Shown here: in pieces, positions 14,858 through 23,691 of the stretch
Numbering within the stretch: the stretch's first letter is position 1
Layout of the letters: every line of letters starts with the position of its first letter
Virus record (IMG/VR): IMGVR_UViG_3300025288_000107
Span: 1-25,099 of that record
DNA length: 25,099 bases
Reading direction: 5' to 3' (one strand)
Source of the DNA: a virus
Lineage: Duplodnaviria > Caudoviricetes
Program-made: the position numbers and the translations under genes
The notes under the pieces: model-generated
Told to the model about the DNA's origin: nothing
Databases searched by the model: none
What the model saw: the letters and a program-made list of their open reading frames with translations, nothing else

Positions 14858-15495
14858 TCCAAATCCTGATCGCCTTCGACCAACTGATCGGAACTCTCTT
14901 CGGCGGCATGGCCGACGAAACAATCAGCGCCGCCTGCTGGCGAAACGGAAAAACAAGCCACCGCTGGAACGCTGCCCGGATCGCCGTAGACACCCTGCTC
15001 TGGTTTGACCCGATGCACTGTTTTGCCAGCTACATTTCCGAATTTGAACGCAACCAGCTTCCCGAGGAATATTACAAAATGAACACTAATCTCGAAACCC
15101 TCATCCCCACCCCCGTCGAAATCACCGTCAACGGCAAAACCCTCACCCTCCATCCCGTCACCATGCGCCAGCTGCAGCCCGCCATCCGCGCCGCGCTGCC
15201 CATCCTCCAGGCGCTCAAATCCGGCGCGCTGGAGCTGGAAAAGCTCAAGGCCATGAACATCATGGCCTGGGCGGAAGCCTACGCCCTCTACGGTGACGAC
15301 CTGGGCGACATGGTCGCCTACCTGATGGGTGTAGAACCGGAAGAAATGGCCGGCTGGACGCCCGACCAGGTGGTGCTGGCCGTCAGCGCCGTGGTGAGGG
15401 TCAATGCCGATTTTTTCGCATCCTTGGCGCGCCAGCCCGTGGCTGCGCCGAAAACCGCGCAGCCACAGACTGGGCCGAGTCCTTCCAGCGTCTAA
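14854..15495 (+). CDS. In-frame fusion of a small conserved phage protein and the tail assembly chaperone
   Basis: N-part LIAFDQL...DETISA..WR...HCFASYISE..R.QLPEEY has no stop before the chaperone ATG at 15079. A TTGA overlap gives a plausible TTG start. Confidence 0.6.
   Translation: MIQILIAFDQLIGTLFGGMADETISAACWRNGKTSHRWNAARIAVDTLLWFDPMHCFASYISEFERNQLPEEYYKMNTNLETLIPTPVEITVNGKTLTLHPVTMRQLQPAIRAALPILQALKSGALELEKLKAMNIMAWAEAYALYGDDLGDMVAYLMGVEPEEMAGWTPDQVVLAVSAVVRVNADFFASLARQPVAAPKTAQPQTGPSPSSV
15079..15495 (+). CDS. Tail assembly chaperone (gpG-like)
   Basis: GAGGA RBS. LETLIPTPVEITVNG...VVRVNADFF. Upstream of the tape measure gene. Confidence 0.8.
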   Translation: MNTNLETLIPTPVEITVNGKTLTLHPVTMRQLQPAIRAALPILQALKSGALELEKLKAMNIMAWAEAYALYGDDLGDMVAYLMGVEPEEMAGWTPDQVVLAVSAVVRVNADFFASLARQPVAAPKTAQPQTGPSPSSV

Positions 15496-15674
15496 TCGCC
15501 GCCGGACACACCCTGGACGCCATCATGGGCTACACCCTCGGGCAGTTCCAGGCGTTTGGCGAGGCGGTGGCGAAGCTGGAAAACGAGAAACTGCGCCACG
15601 CGATGATGGCGGTACGGTTCGGCGGCGACACGGGCAAGGGGTATGACAGGATGATGAAGGCGCTGGGCGGATAG
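15411..15674 (+). CDS. Tail assembly chaperone gpT-like extension reached by -1 frameshift
   Basis: Slippery T TTT TTC at 15411-15417. The -1 frame is open to TAG 15674 and encodes DWAESFQRLIAAGHTLDAIMGYTLGQFQAF... Confidence 0.75.
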   Translation, partial: FFRILGAPARGCAENRAATDWAESFQRLIAAGHTLDAIMGYTLGQFQAFGEAVAKLENEKLRHAMMAVRFGGDTGKGYDRMMKALGG

Positions 15675-15687
15675 ACCGAAACCCCCG

Positions 15688-15837
15688 CTATTTTAAAGCC
15701 CATCGCGCCAGCCCGACCGCATAGGCCACCAGAAACGCCGCGCACGCCAGGAACCATGCCGGGCTCGACACGATGCCCAGCACGAAGCCCATAAACGCGC
15801 CGAATACCAACACCACGGGTTGAAAAGGTTTAGACAT
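15688..15837 (-). CDS. Small antisense membrane protein (49 aa, ~2 TM), moron-like
   Basis: MSKPFQPVVLVFGAFMGFVLGIVSSPAWFLACAAFLVAYAVGLARWALK*. GGAG RBS on the minus strand. Fills the gap between gpT and the TMP. Confidence 0.6.
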   Translation of the reverse strand: MSKPFQPVVLVFGAFMGFVLGIVSSPAWFLACAAFLVAYAVGLARWALK

Positions 15838-18800
15838 GTCAAATTCTCCAAAGCTCGAAATCATCATAGGCGCAAAAGCGGACCAGCTCAAGGCCGCGCT
15901 GGCCGACCTCGCCCAATCGCTCAACGCCGTTTCCCGTCAAGCCAACCAGGCGGGCGCGCAAACTGCGGGCGCGTTCCAGCCCGCCGAAGCGCAACTGGGC
16001 CGGACCCGCGCCGGGGTGCAATCCATTTCCGAACAGCTTGCCGGCGCTAAAGCCCAGCTGATCGGGTTTTTTTCTATCCAGTATGGCATCGGCCTGGCCA
16101 AGGATCTGATCCAGACCGCCGACGCGGTCACCAACATGAACGCGCGCCTCAAGCTGGCGACGCAAACCAGCGCGGAATACACCACGGCGCAAAAGGCGCT
16201 GTCAGACATCTCGCAGCGCACCGCCTCATCGATTGAAAGCAACGTCACGCTGTATGCGCGCGTCGCCGATTCGATGCGCGCGATGGGTAAAACGCAGCAG
16301 GAAGCGCTGGTCTTCACCGAAGAAGTCGGACAGGCCATGCGCGTTTCCGGCGCCTCGGCGGAGTCCGCCAAGGCGGGCATCACCCAACTGGCGCAGGCGA
16401 TGGCTTCCGGCGTGCTGCGCGGCGACGAATTCAACTCGATCATGGAGAACTCGCCCCGGCTGGCCAGGGCGCTGGCGGACGGCCTGGACGTCCCCATCGG
16501 CAAGCTGCGCGATCTGGCCGAGGCGGGGCAGCTCACGGCGCAAAAAGTCGTCAGCGCGCTGCTCTCCCAAAAGGACGAGCTGGCCGCGGAATACGCGACC
16601 ATCCCCCTCACCGTGGGCGCGTCGCTGACCCAGCTTGCCAACGCCTGGACCCAGTATCTGGGCCAAGCCGACCAGGCCGAGGGCGCGACCAAATCGCTGG
16701 CGCTGGTCATCTCCGATATTTCAAAAAACTTCAGCCAATACGCGGATACGATTTTATCGGCAGGGCGTGACGCGCTGGTGATCCTGGCCGGTTTCGGCGC
16801 CGTCAAGCTGTCTGCCGCAGTGGCGGAATTCGCCGCGCTGATCGGCGCCATGACACGTGCCGCCGCGGCCGCCGATCTCGCCGCCCCGGCGGTCGGGCGC
16901 TTGTCGCTGGCCACCGGCTTGCTGTCCAAGGCGCTGGGGCCGCTCCTGCTGGCGTTTCTCGCCTTCGAAGGGCTGAAGGTCGCCGGGCAATGGCTGGGCG
17001 AATTCGCCGCCAAGCTGGTGGTAGGTGAAACGGGCGTCAAGAAGTTCTCCTCCGGCGTTGAGGCCGGCATGGAAGTCGCCCAGGCCGCCACGTCGGAAAT
17101 GAAAGGAGAGACCGCCGATCTCGCCGCCGAAATCGATCGCAGCAACCGCCTTGCCGCCTTCTCCCTGGTCGGGGAGTCGGTGCAGGCGGCCAAGGCTAAA
17201 GTAGAAGCCGCCACCGCAGCCATGCTCAAGGCGTTCGACGAGATCGCGACCAAGAGCGGCGATGTCGGAAAAGCCCTCCAGCAGATAGCCGATTCCGCCG
17301 ACCTGAAAACATCCGCCGGGCTGGACGCTCTGTTCGCTGCGCTGGAAAAGCTCCAGGCCGAGGGCAAGATCACCGGCGAACAAGTTCACAAAGCCTTGCA
17401 GAACGCCATCGGAAAGATGGACGTGACGGCGTTGGTGGGTTTCCAGATGGCGTTGCAAAATTCGAGCGCCTCGGGCCAGGCGCTGGCGGACACGCTCGAC
17501 AGGGTGGTCGGCGCGGCGCTCAAAAAGCTCGGCACCGATGCGCTGTCCGTCAACAGCGGCCTGTCCAAGGCGTTCCGTGATACCGAGCAGACCTTCCATC
17601 TGTTGACCGACAACGCCAAAGCCACGGGGGCGGAAATCAAGTTCGCTTTCGACAAGATGCTGGATGCGGCAAAAACCAAACAGGAAGCTGAAGCGCTCAA
17701 GGCCGAATTCGAGCACCTCAAGGAATTCGGCAAGCTCTCCGCCGCCGAAATAAAGGACGAATACGCCAAGCTCCAGGCCAAGCTCAACGAAACCGCCGGG
17801 CAGATCGACGGCGCCCTCGGCGACGCCTTCAAACGCCTCGGCATCAAGACCGCCGCCGCCATGAAAGCCGCGTTCGACCAGCTGGTGACCGATTTCAACG
17901 ACATCAAGAAATCCGGTCAAGCCGCCGCCGAAGGCATCGACCAGGCCTACCAGAAAATCAAGTCCTCCGTCATCGCCCAGATCACCGCCATGACCACCGC
18001 CTCCCGCGAGGCGCTGGACGCGGCCAGGCAGCATACGGCAACCGTGCAGGCCGCTGTCACGGCCGAAGCCGCCCGGACGAAATTTACCGAAGCCAGCGCC
18101 GCCGCAGAAAAGGCGCTGCTGGCGGCGGCCCAGGCGGAAGCACAAGCGCAGAAGACCGGCACCGAGGCGGCGAAAGCCAAAGCCGAGGCGCTGGGGCTGG
18201 CGGCGCAGGCGACGCAGCAGGCGAAATTCGCTGCCTGGGAAGAAGTCGCCGCGCAGCAGGCCGTCGCCGCCGCCGTGAAGGCGACCGAGCTGGCATCGAG
18301 GGCGGCGGCGCTGGCGGCAAAAGAGCCGACCGAGGCACACACCGCAGCGGCCGCCGCCGCCCAGAACACCGCAAACGCCTTAGCCAGCACCGCCGAAGAA
18401 GCCAAACAGTCCGCAATTGAAGCCAAAGGGTTGGCGGACGAAATGCAATCGGCGGCCAGCGCCGCGAACACGGCGGCGGATGGCATGGATAGAATATCAT
18501 CCAGCGCGAAGGCCGATGCAAATGTCCTGCAGGAGATTAAAGGAGCAACAATCGATTACGTCGCCATCATGCAGCAAGGCTACGATTCGCTCGCCCAAAA
18601 AGGCGTGAGCCTAAAACAGGTCGCCACGGACATGGCGGCCACGGATGCTGCGAACTTCAACGCGATGGCGAGCCGTGGCGCCGCCTATAATATCTCTCTG
18701 GAGGATACCCTGTCGCGTATCCGGGCGACTGGCCGGAGCCTCGCCGAGGCCGAAGCCGCCACCAAGCGCAACGAGGAAGCCACCCGCGCCTGGGCGACGG

Positions 18801-19387
18801 CGATGGACAGCCTGCGAGGGATCGCGGCCAGCCTCAAGGACGAACTCGACCGCGCACTGGGCAACGACAAGGCCATCGAAGACCGCGCCTACGCCGACAA
18901 GAAAAAGGCTATCGAGGATCAATATACCGCGGCAATAAAAGCCGCAGAACAGCAGGCCGCCTATACCGTAGCCGGGATCGCCGCGCAGGACAAGGCCAGG
19001 TCGGACGCGCGAGCCGCATACGACCAGGCGCTCGCCGATCTGTCCCAGCTCCACGGCATCAAAATCAAAAATATCTCCGACGAAGCCGCCGCCAAAGCCG
19101 CGGCCGACCGGAAAGCCCACCAGGACGAGATGGCCCGCATCGCCGCCGAACAAGCCGCGAAAGCCCAGACCGACGCCCTGCTGACGCGCGTCGCGACCCA
19201 ATCCGGGACGCGCGCCGCAGCGGCCTCGTCATCGGCCTCAACCGCCGCATCGAGCGCATCGAGCGGTGGCGGGACAACGATCAACACCCTAAACGTCAAC
19301 GTGGACGGCTCCGACCTGCTCTCGGAAGAACAGATACGCACCAAGATCGTCCCCGTCCTCAACCGGATACTCACTGGAGCCAGATGA
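15836..19387 (+). CDS. Tail tape measure protein
   Basis: QLAQAMASGVLRGDEFNSIMENSPRLA tape-measure motif, a hydrophobic segment, long Ala-rich helices, 1183 aa. Confidence 0.95.
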   Translation: MSNSPKLEIIIGAKADQLKAALADLAQSLNAVSRQANQAGAQTAGAFQPAEAQLGRTRAGVQSISEQLAGAKAQLIGFFSIQYGIGLAKDLIQTADAVTNMNARLKLATQTSAEYTTAQKALSDISQRTASSIESNVTLYARVADSMRAMGKTQQEALVFTEEVGQAMRVSGASAESAKAGITQLAQAMASGVLRGDEFNSIMENSPRLARALADGLDVPIGKLRDLAEAGQLTAQKVVSALLSQKDELAAEYATIPLTVGASLTQLANAWTQYLGQADQAEGATKSLALVISDISKNFSQYADTILSAGRDALVILAGFGAVKLSAAVAEFAALIGAMTRAAAAADLAAPAVGRLSLATGLLSKALGPLLLAFLAFEGLKVAGQWLGEFAAKLVVGETGVKKFSSGVEAGMEVAQAATSEMKGETADLAAEIDRSNRLAAFSLVGESVQAAKAKVEAATAAMLKAFDEIATKSGDVGKALQQIADSADLKTSAGLDALFAALEKLQAEGKITGEQVHKALQNAIGKMDVTALVGFQMALQNSSASGQALADTLDRVVGAALKKLGTDALSVNSGLSKAFRDTEQTFHLLTDNAKATGAEIKFAFDKMLDAAKTKQEAEALKAEFEHLKEFGKLSAAEIKDEYAKLQAKLNETAGQIDGALGDAFKRLGIKTAAAMKAAFDQLVTDFNDIKKSGQAAAEGIDQAYQKIKSSVIAQITAMTTASREALDAARQHTATVQAAVTAEAARTKFTEASAAAEKALLAAAQAEAQAQKTGTEAAKAKAEALGLAAQATQQAKFAAWEEVAAQQAVAAAVKATELASRAAALAAKEPTEAHTAAAAAAQNTANALASTAEEAKQSAIEAKGLADEMQSAASAANTAADGMDRISSSAKADANVLQEIKGATIDYVAIMQQGYDSLAQKGVSLKQVATDMAATDAANFNAMASRGAAYNISLEDTLSRIRATGRSLAEAEAATKRNEEATRAWATAMDSLRGIAASLKDELDRALGNDKAIEDRAYADKKKAIEDQYTAAIKAAEQQAAYTVAGIAAQDKARSDARAAYDQALADLSQLHGIKIKNISDEAAAKAAADRKAHQDEMARIAAEQAAKAQTDALLTRVATQSGTRAAAASSSASTAASSASSGGGTTINTLNVNVDGSDLLSEEQIRTKIVPVLNRILTGAR

Positions 19388-22300
19388 TGACATCGACTCA
19401 ACGATTCCTCGCCAACGACCGCAACGTCCTCGTGGGAGCGGCCTTGGCCGCGACCTCCGTCGCCACCATCGAAAACGCCGTCCTCGAACGCCCCCTGGCG
19501 CGTAGCGGATCTGCCCACATCGCCCTGTCCGGCGCTTACACCGGCCAGGAAGAAGCTACCTACGAAATCGAGATCACCGACACCACCGTAGCCACCCCGC
19601 TCATCAGCGCGCCGATTTTCGCCGGGGCGGGAACGGGTTCAATTTCCGGCATCGGCTTCACCGGCGCAGCTCAAACCTTCACCGTTAAACTGGCCGATCT
19701 GGGGCAGGTTTTAACGAGCGCCGGCACGGACATGGAGGGCGTCTCCCTCGTCGCCCGATCCCCCGGCGCGGCGGGCAACGAAATTCGCCTCGCCATCGAT
19801 CTGTCCGGTCTGACCTATGCCGCCACAAACTTCAGCTCGATCAAAGCCATTCCCGCTGGCGCGTCCGATTTGTCCGGCCCGGAATACGACTGGGACACCC
19901 GGGTCATGGGCGCGGACGGGCAAATCCCGACATCCGCCCAGCGACTGGTGTTCGGCGAAGATACCAGCGTCATTTACCGCCAGTACAAACAATACAAGGA
20001 CGGAAAATGGCTCTACCACTTCGAGCCCAACCTCCGCCGCGACATCCCACAAGGCACGGTCATCCGCTTCGTGACCGGGAGCCGCACGGTGACACTGACG
20101 GATGGCGTCGATACCGAGGTCTACCCCGGCATCGTCACCCTCTACGACCTGCTTTCCGCCATTCAAACCACGTCCGCCCTGGTCAAGGTCGAAGGCGTCG
20201 TCTCCAACGACCGCGCGCCTGACGGCATGGCGGCGCGCGACCTCGCCACCCGCACCGACGCGCATTGCCTGCCGCCCTATGGCAGCGGCAGCGGGTACGC
20301 CGGTTCCGCCCTGATCGACTACGCCGCGCTGCCCGGATCGTCCACCGAGCTGGTGGAAGTGCGCTGCTGGGCAAACTCGTCCAAACAGCACCCGTCAGCC
20401 GGTGTGGGCAAGGAGCTTTGGCAGGTCAAGGGTTCCGTCTCCGGCCTGGTCGAATCCCAACTCCAGACCGGTAAAGATTTTACCTGGTCCAACAAATTCA
20501 GATTCGCCGTCCAGTCCCGCTTGCCGGACGGCTTCGGCGTGCCGCGCGGGCGGTTCTCGGTCTCTGACATCGCCTACCAGCCCCGCGCCGCCACCGAAGT
20601 CGAGCCGCCCATCTGCGTCGCCAGCCTGGCGCTGGGGCCGGAATCGATAGACCAGTCGCTGACCCTCACCTACAAGCCGCGCCCGCTCACCGGCAACTGC
20701 GGCTGCGACAGCATGACCGCCCCGGATTTGTCCGGCAGAGCCTGCTTGACGGGCTTGACCTATTCATCATCATCAACAGGAGGAACCTCTATGGACCCCG
20801 CACACCTGATGCGAGCCACCCGGCTGGCTATCTGGTATCGGAATTTCGTCAAAGCGAATACCGCTATCGGCAGCGACCCCGCCAAGCCCATCACTGCAAT
20901 CGGAAACGAGCGCGATATAGCGATCGCCGCCAAATCGATAGCCACGTTCAGGGCCGCCTTGGACGATCTGTATACCCTGGGGGTGTTGGCCGTGCCGGAA
21001 TGGGCTGCCAATACGGCCTATGCCAATGGCGCCGTCATCGAAATGGGCGATTACCGTTATGCGGCGGATGGCCCCGGTACATCCGGCGCTATTGAGCCTG
21101 TTTGGCCGACGATCGATGGAGATACGGTGGCCGATGACGGCGTGTGGTGGGAATGCATGGGCCACGCCCCGGTAACGATGTGGGATGCCGCGTTCCAGGA
21201 AATGCAAAATGAACTGGGAATTCTGGAGATTTCGCCGTCGGGCGCCCAACCGGCTACGATGGTCCGCATCCCGAAGGCGTTTGAGGTGCCGGTCGGCGCG
21301 ATTGATTTGACCCCCGTCTTTGCGGCGGACATCCCCGCGCAAACGATCGTCTACTACAAGGAGACACCTCAGAGCTGGGTCGTGTCCAAAACCACGGGGA
21401 TCGTGACCTCCGCAACGGGCGGCACGTATTGGCTGAGTTCGGACGGGTTGACGTTATTTGTCGGCACACCGCCGAATAATCCGTCGAACTCGTTCGTGAC
21501 GGAGCTGCTCGGGCACACCACCGCCACCGGCGCCGATTGGGATATAGGCACACAACCCGGCGATGCGCTGATGCCTGTCGGCGCGCGGTCGCTGGGGGAT
21601 TTGGCCTCGAACGAAACCATAGCCGCAGGCTCGGTGGTGTACCAGGGGGAGGGGGAAACAGGGGCATATTTATTTGCCAGGCTGACTCAACCGTTGTCGG
21701 TTAAAGCCGATTCCTTTCTGATTTTCAACGTAGACTCCCGAGATTCCACACGCCCCATCACGACCGAACTCGAGCTAGCGCATGAGCGATTGGGTATCTA
21801 TAGGATCTATGATGGTGGTGGCTATTCCGGTCAGACCGTTCGGACCCTCCTGGACAGGCCCGAGTTTATGGGATTCTCATATCCCTCCCCAGGGGGATTT
21901 GTGTGGGCATCGGAAATTGCGGGCGGGGACGATCTCGACGTCTACGACGCCGAGTTCGATACCCGCTACCAGGCCATCATGAATGTTGTCCGCATCGCGG
22001 CGGGCATCTCAAAAAAAGCTGACGCCAGCAAGGTAGCCGGGGACGGCTGCTGGCGTGATACGGGCGCTGGATTCTGGTGGGAAATCACCGGATCGACAGG
22101 CGGCGCATATGCCCCGGCATTCACCAACGAACCCTACTTCTCCTGCCGCGATGCGGGAGGGGGGTATTTTTCCACCCACGAGTTCGCCTTCCAGCTCAAC
22201 ATCAAATGTGAGTCCGCGCTCAAGGAAGGCGATCGAATTACGCTATCTATCGGCGATGCGGGCTGGCCATCGACCTACCAGGTCGGCGATACCCTCTACC

Positions 22301-23358
22301 TCCCCGTCATCGCCGCCCAGGATCTGTACCTGGCTGGCGGCAAGGACGGCGACAACATCCAGACCTGGCACGTGGACGGCAGCGTGGATGGCGCCTATCC
22401 GGCCTACCTGCTCGACCTGGACACGCCCTTGCCCTACAACCATCTCAGCCTGCAATTGGCCCTCACCCCCGGCGGCATCCCCTCCGAGGCGGGCGACCTG
22501 TACCGGTTCACCGTCGAAGGCGGACACTACCGCTGGCGCAAAGACAGCGGCGCCTGGAGCGCCATTGCGGATGTGGGCGCGGTCACGCCCGCGATAGCCG
22601 ATGGCCTCGTCGCCACCATTACCCCCGGCGCCGCCCCCAGTTTCGCGGCGGGCGACCTCTACCGCTTCCGCGCCCTGCAACCCTCGGCCCTGTCCAACGT
22701 GGTTGCACCCGACGCCGCAAGCTGGCAATGGGCCGGCGCAACCGCAACCCTGACCGCCAATCTCGGCGCCAGCAAGCCGATCGACTGCGCCGCCATCGCC
22801 TTCCACACCCTGCCCAGCGGGGCCACTGCCACCCTATACGGCAGCGCGGACGGCATCGCCTGGGACTGGTCTGAATCCATCCCCTGGCGCTCCGGCGTGA
22901 TGGCCGCGCTGTTCGCCGGGCACGCCGCGAGCTGGCTCAAGCTGGTCATCGCCAACGCCACCGGCGGCACCATCGGCTGGGCCTGGGCAGGGCAAGCGCT
23001 CAGCACCGAACACAGCGCCGAATGCCAACTGCGCCGCGACTACAGCCTGGAGCGCGGCACCGGCCTCAATCCTTCGGCGGCATTCATGGGGTCCACGCGG
23101 TCAGGCGACATCGAATGGCAGCAAGGCATCCTCACCGACACCGACATGCCCAACCTGCTGGCGATGCTGGACCATCTTAAAACCAACGACGACGAGCCCA
23201 TGATCCTGATCCCGCAAAGCACCCGCACGGAGGAGGCTTATCCCGTGCGCGTGGTGCTGGATTCTATCGACATGCCCGAGGACGGCGGCTACCAACCCAA
23301 TACCGGTAACGAGCGCAGATACGGAATGAAACTGTCTGTCAAGGGCGTGGTGGCATAA
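19384..23358 (+). CDS. Large distal tail / tail tip protein (1324 aa)
   Basis: ATGA-coupled to the TMP. Beta-rich, with a WAANTAY...EPVWPT..GDTVADDGVWWEC carbohydrate-binding-like repeat. Exact family not recognised. Confidence 0.75.
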   Translation: MMTSTQRFLANDRNVLVGAALAATSVATIENAVLERPLARSGSAHIALSGAYTGQEEATYEIEITDTTVATPLISAPIFAGAGTGSISGIGFTGAAQTFTVKLADLGQVLTSAGTDMEGVSLVARSPGAAGNEIRLAIDLSGLTYAATNFSSIKAIPAGASDLSGPEYDWDTRVMGADGQIPTSAQRLVFGEDTSVIYRQYKQYKDGKWLYHFEPNLRRDIPQGTVIRFVTGSRTVTLTDGVDTEVYPGIVTLYDLLSAIQTTSALVKVEGVVSNDRAPDGMAARDLATRTDAHCLPPYGSGSGYAGSALIDYAALPGSSTELVEVRCWANSSKQHPSAGVGKELWQVKGSVSGLVESQLQTGKDFTWSNKFRFAVQSRLPDGFGVPRGRFSVSDIAYQPRAATEVEPPICVASLALGPESIDQSLTLTYKPRPLTGNCGCDSMTAPDLSGRACLTGLTYSSSSTGGTSMDPAHLMRATRLAIWYRNFVKANTAIGSDPAKPITAIGNERDIAIAAKSIATFRAALDDLYTLGVLAVPEWAANTAYANGAVIEMGDYRYAADGPGTSGAIEPVWPTIDGDTVADDGVWWECMGHAPVTMWDAAFQEMQNELGILEISPSGAQPATMVRIPKAFEVPVGAIDLTPVFAADIPAQTIVYYKETPQSWVVSKTTGIVTSATGGTYWLSSDGLTLFVGTPPNNPSNSFVTELLGHTTATGADWDIGTQPGDALMPVGARSLGDLASNETIAAGSVVYQGEGETGAYLFARLTQPLSVKADSFLIFNVDSRDSTRPITTELELAHERLGIYRIYDGGGYSGQTVRTLLDRPEFMGFSYPSPGGFVWASEIAGGDDLDVYDAEFDTRYQAIMNVVRIAAGISKKADASKVAGDGCWRDTGAGFWWEITGSTGGAYAPAFTNEPYFSCRDAGGGYFSTHEFAFQLNIKCESALKEGDRITLSIGDAGWPSTYQVGDTLYLPVIAAQDLYLAGGKDGDNIQTWHVDGSVDGAYPAYLLDLDTPLPYNHLSLQLALTPGGIPSEAGDLYRFTVEGGHYRWRKDSGAWSAIADVGAVTPAIADGLVATITPGAAPSFAAGDLYRFRALQPSALSNVVAPDAASWQWAGATATLTANLGASKPIDCAAIAFHTLPSGATATLYGSADGIAWDWSESIPWRSGVMAALFAGHAASWLKLVIANATGGTIGWAWAGQALSTEHSAECQLRRDYSLERGTGLNPSAAFMGSTRSGDIEWQQGILTDTDMPNLLAMLDHLKTNDDEPMILIPQSTRTEEAYPVRVVLDSIDMPEDGGYQPNTGNERRYGMKLSVKGVVA

Positions 23359-23691
23359 ATGGCCTATCCCGTCTTCGCCCTCGAACTCGACGGCTGCTGG
23401 CTGCGCTTCCATCGTTCCGGCGCTGCGGGAGGGGGCGCTTCCTACCCGCTTCTGGCCGAAATCGGCACCCTGCGCAGCACCGCCCGCGCCGCCGGCCTGG
23501 CAGGCATCGGCGCCGGAGAAGCCCCCAGTGTCAGCGTCACCCTCAACAACCCCAAGCGCCGCGCATCTGACTTGATCGGCATGCCGCTGCGCCGCAACGC
23601 CCGGATCGAGAGCGGGGATGAAATCCTGTTCGAAGGCGTTGTCTCGGCTATCCGGTATGGCAACACCCTGACGCTGGAGGTGGCGGCATGA
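23359..23691 (+). CDS. Hypothetical tail protein
   Basis: Abuts both neighbours. SVSVTLNN...LFEGVVSAI resembles hub/adaptor N-terminal folds. Confidence 0.7.
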   Translation: MAYPVFALELDGCWLRFHRSGAAGGGASYPLLAEIGTLRSTARAAGLAGIGAGEAPSVSVTLNNPKRRASDLIGMPLRRNARIESGDEILFEGVVSAIRYGNTLTLEVAA

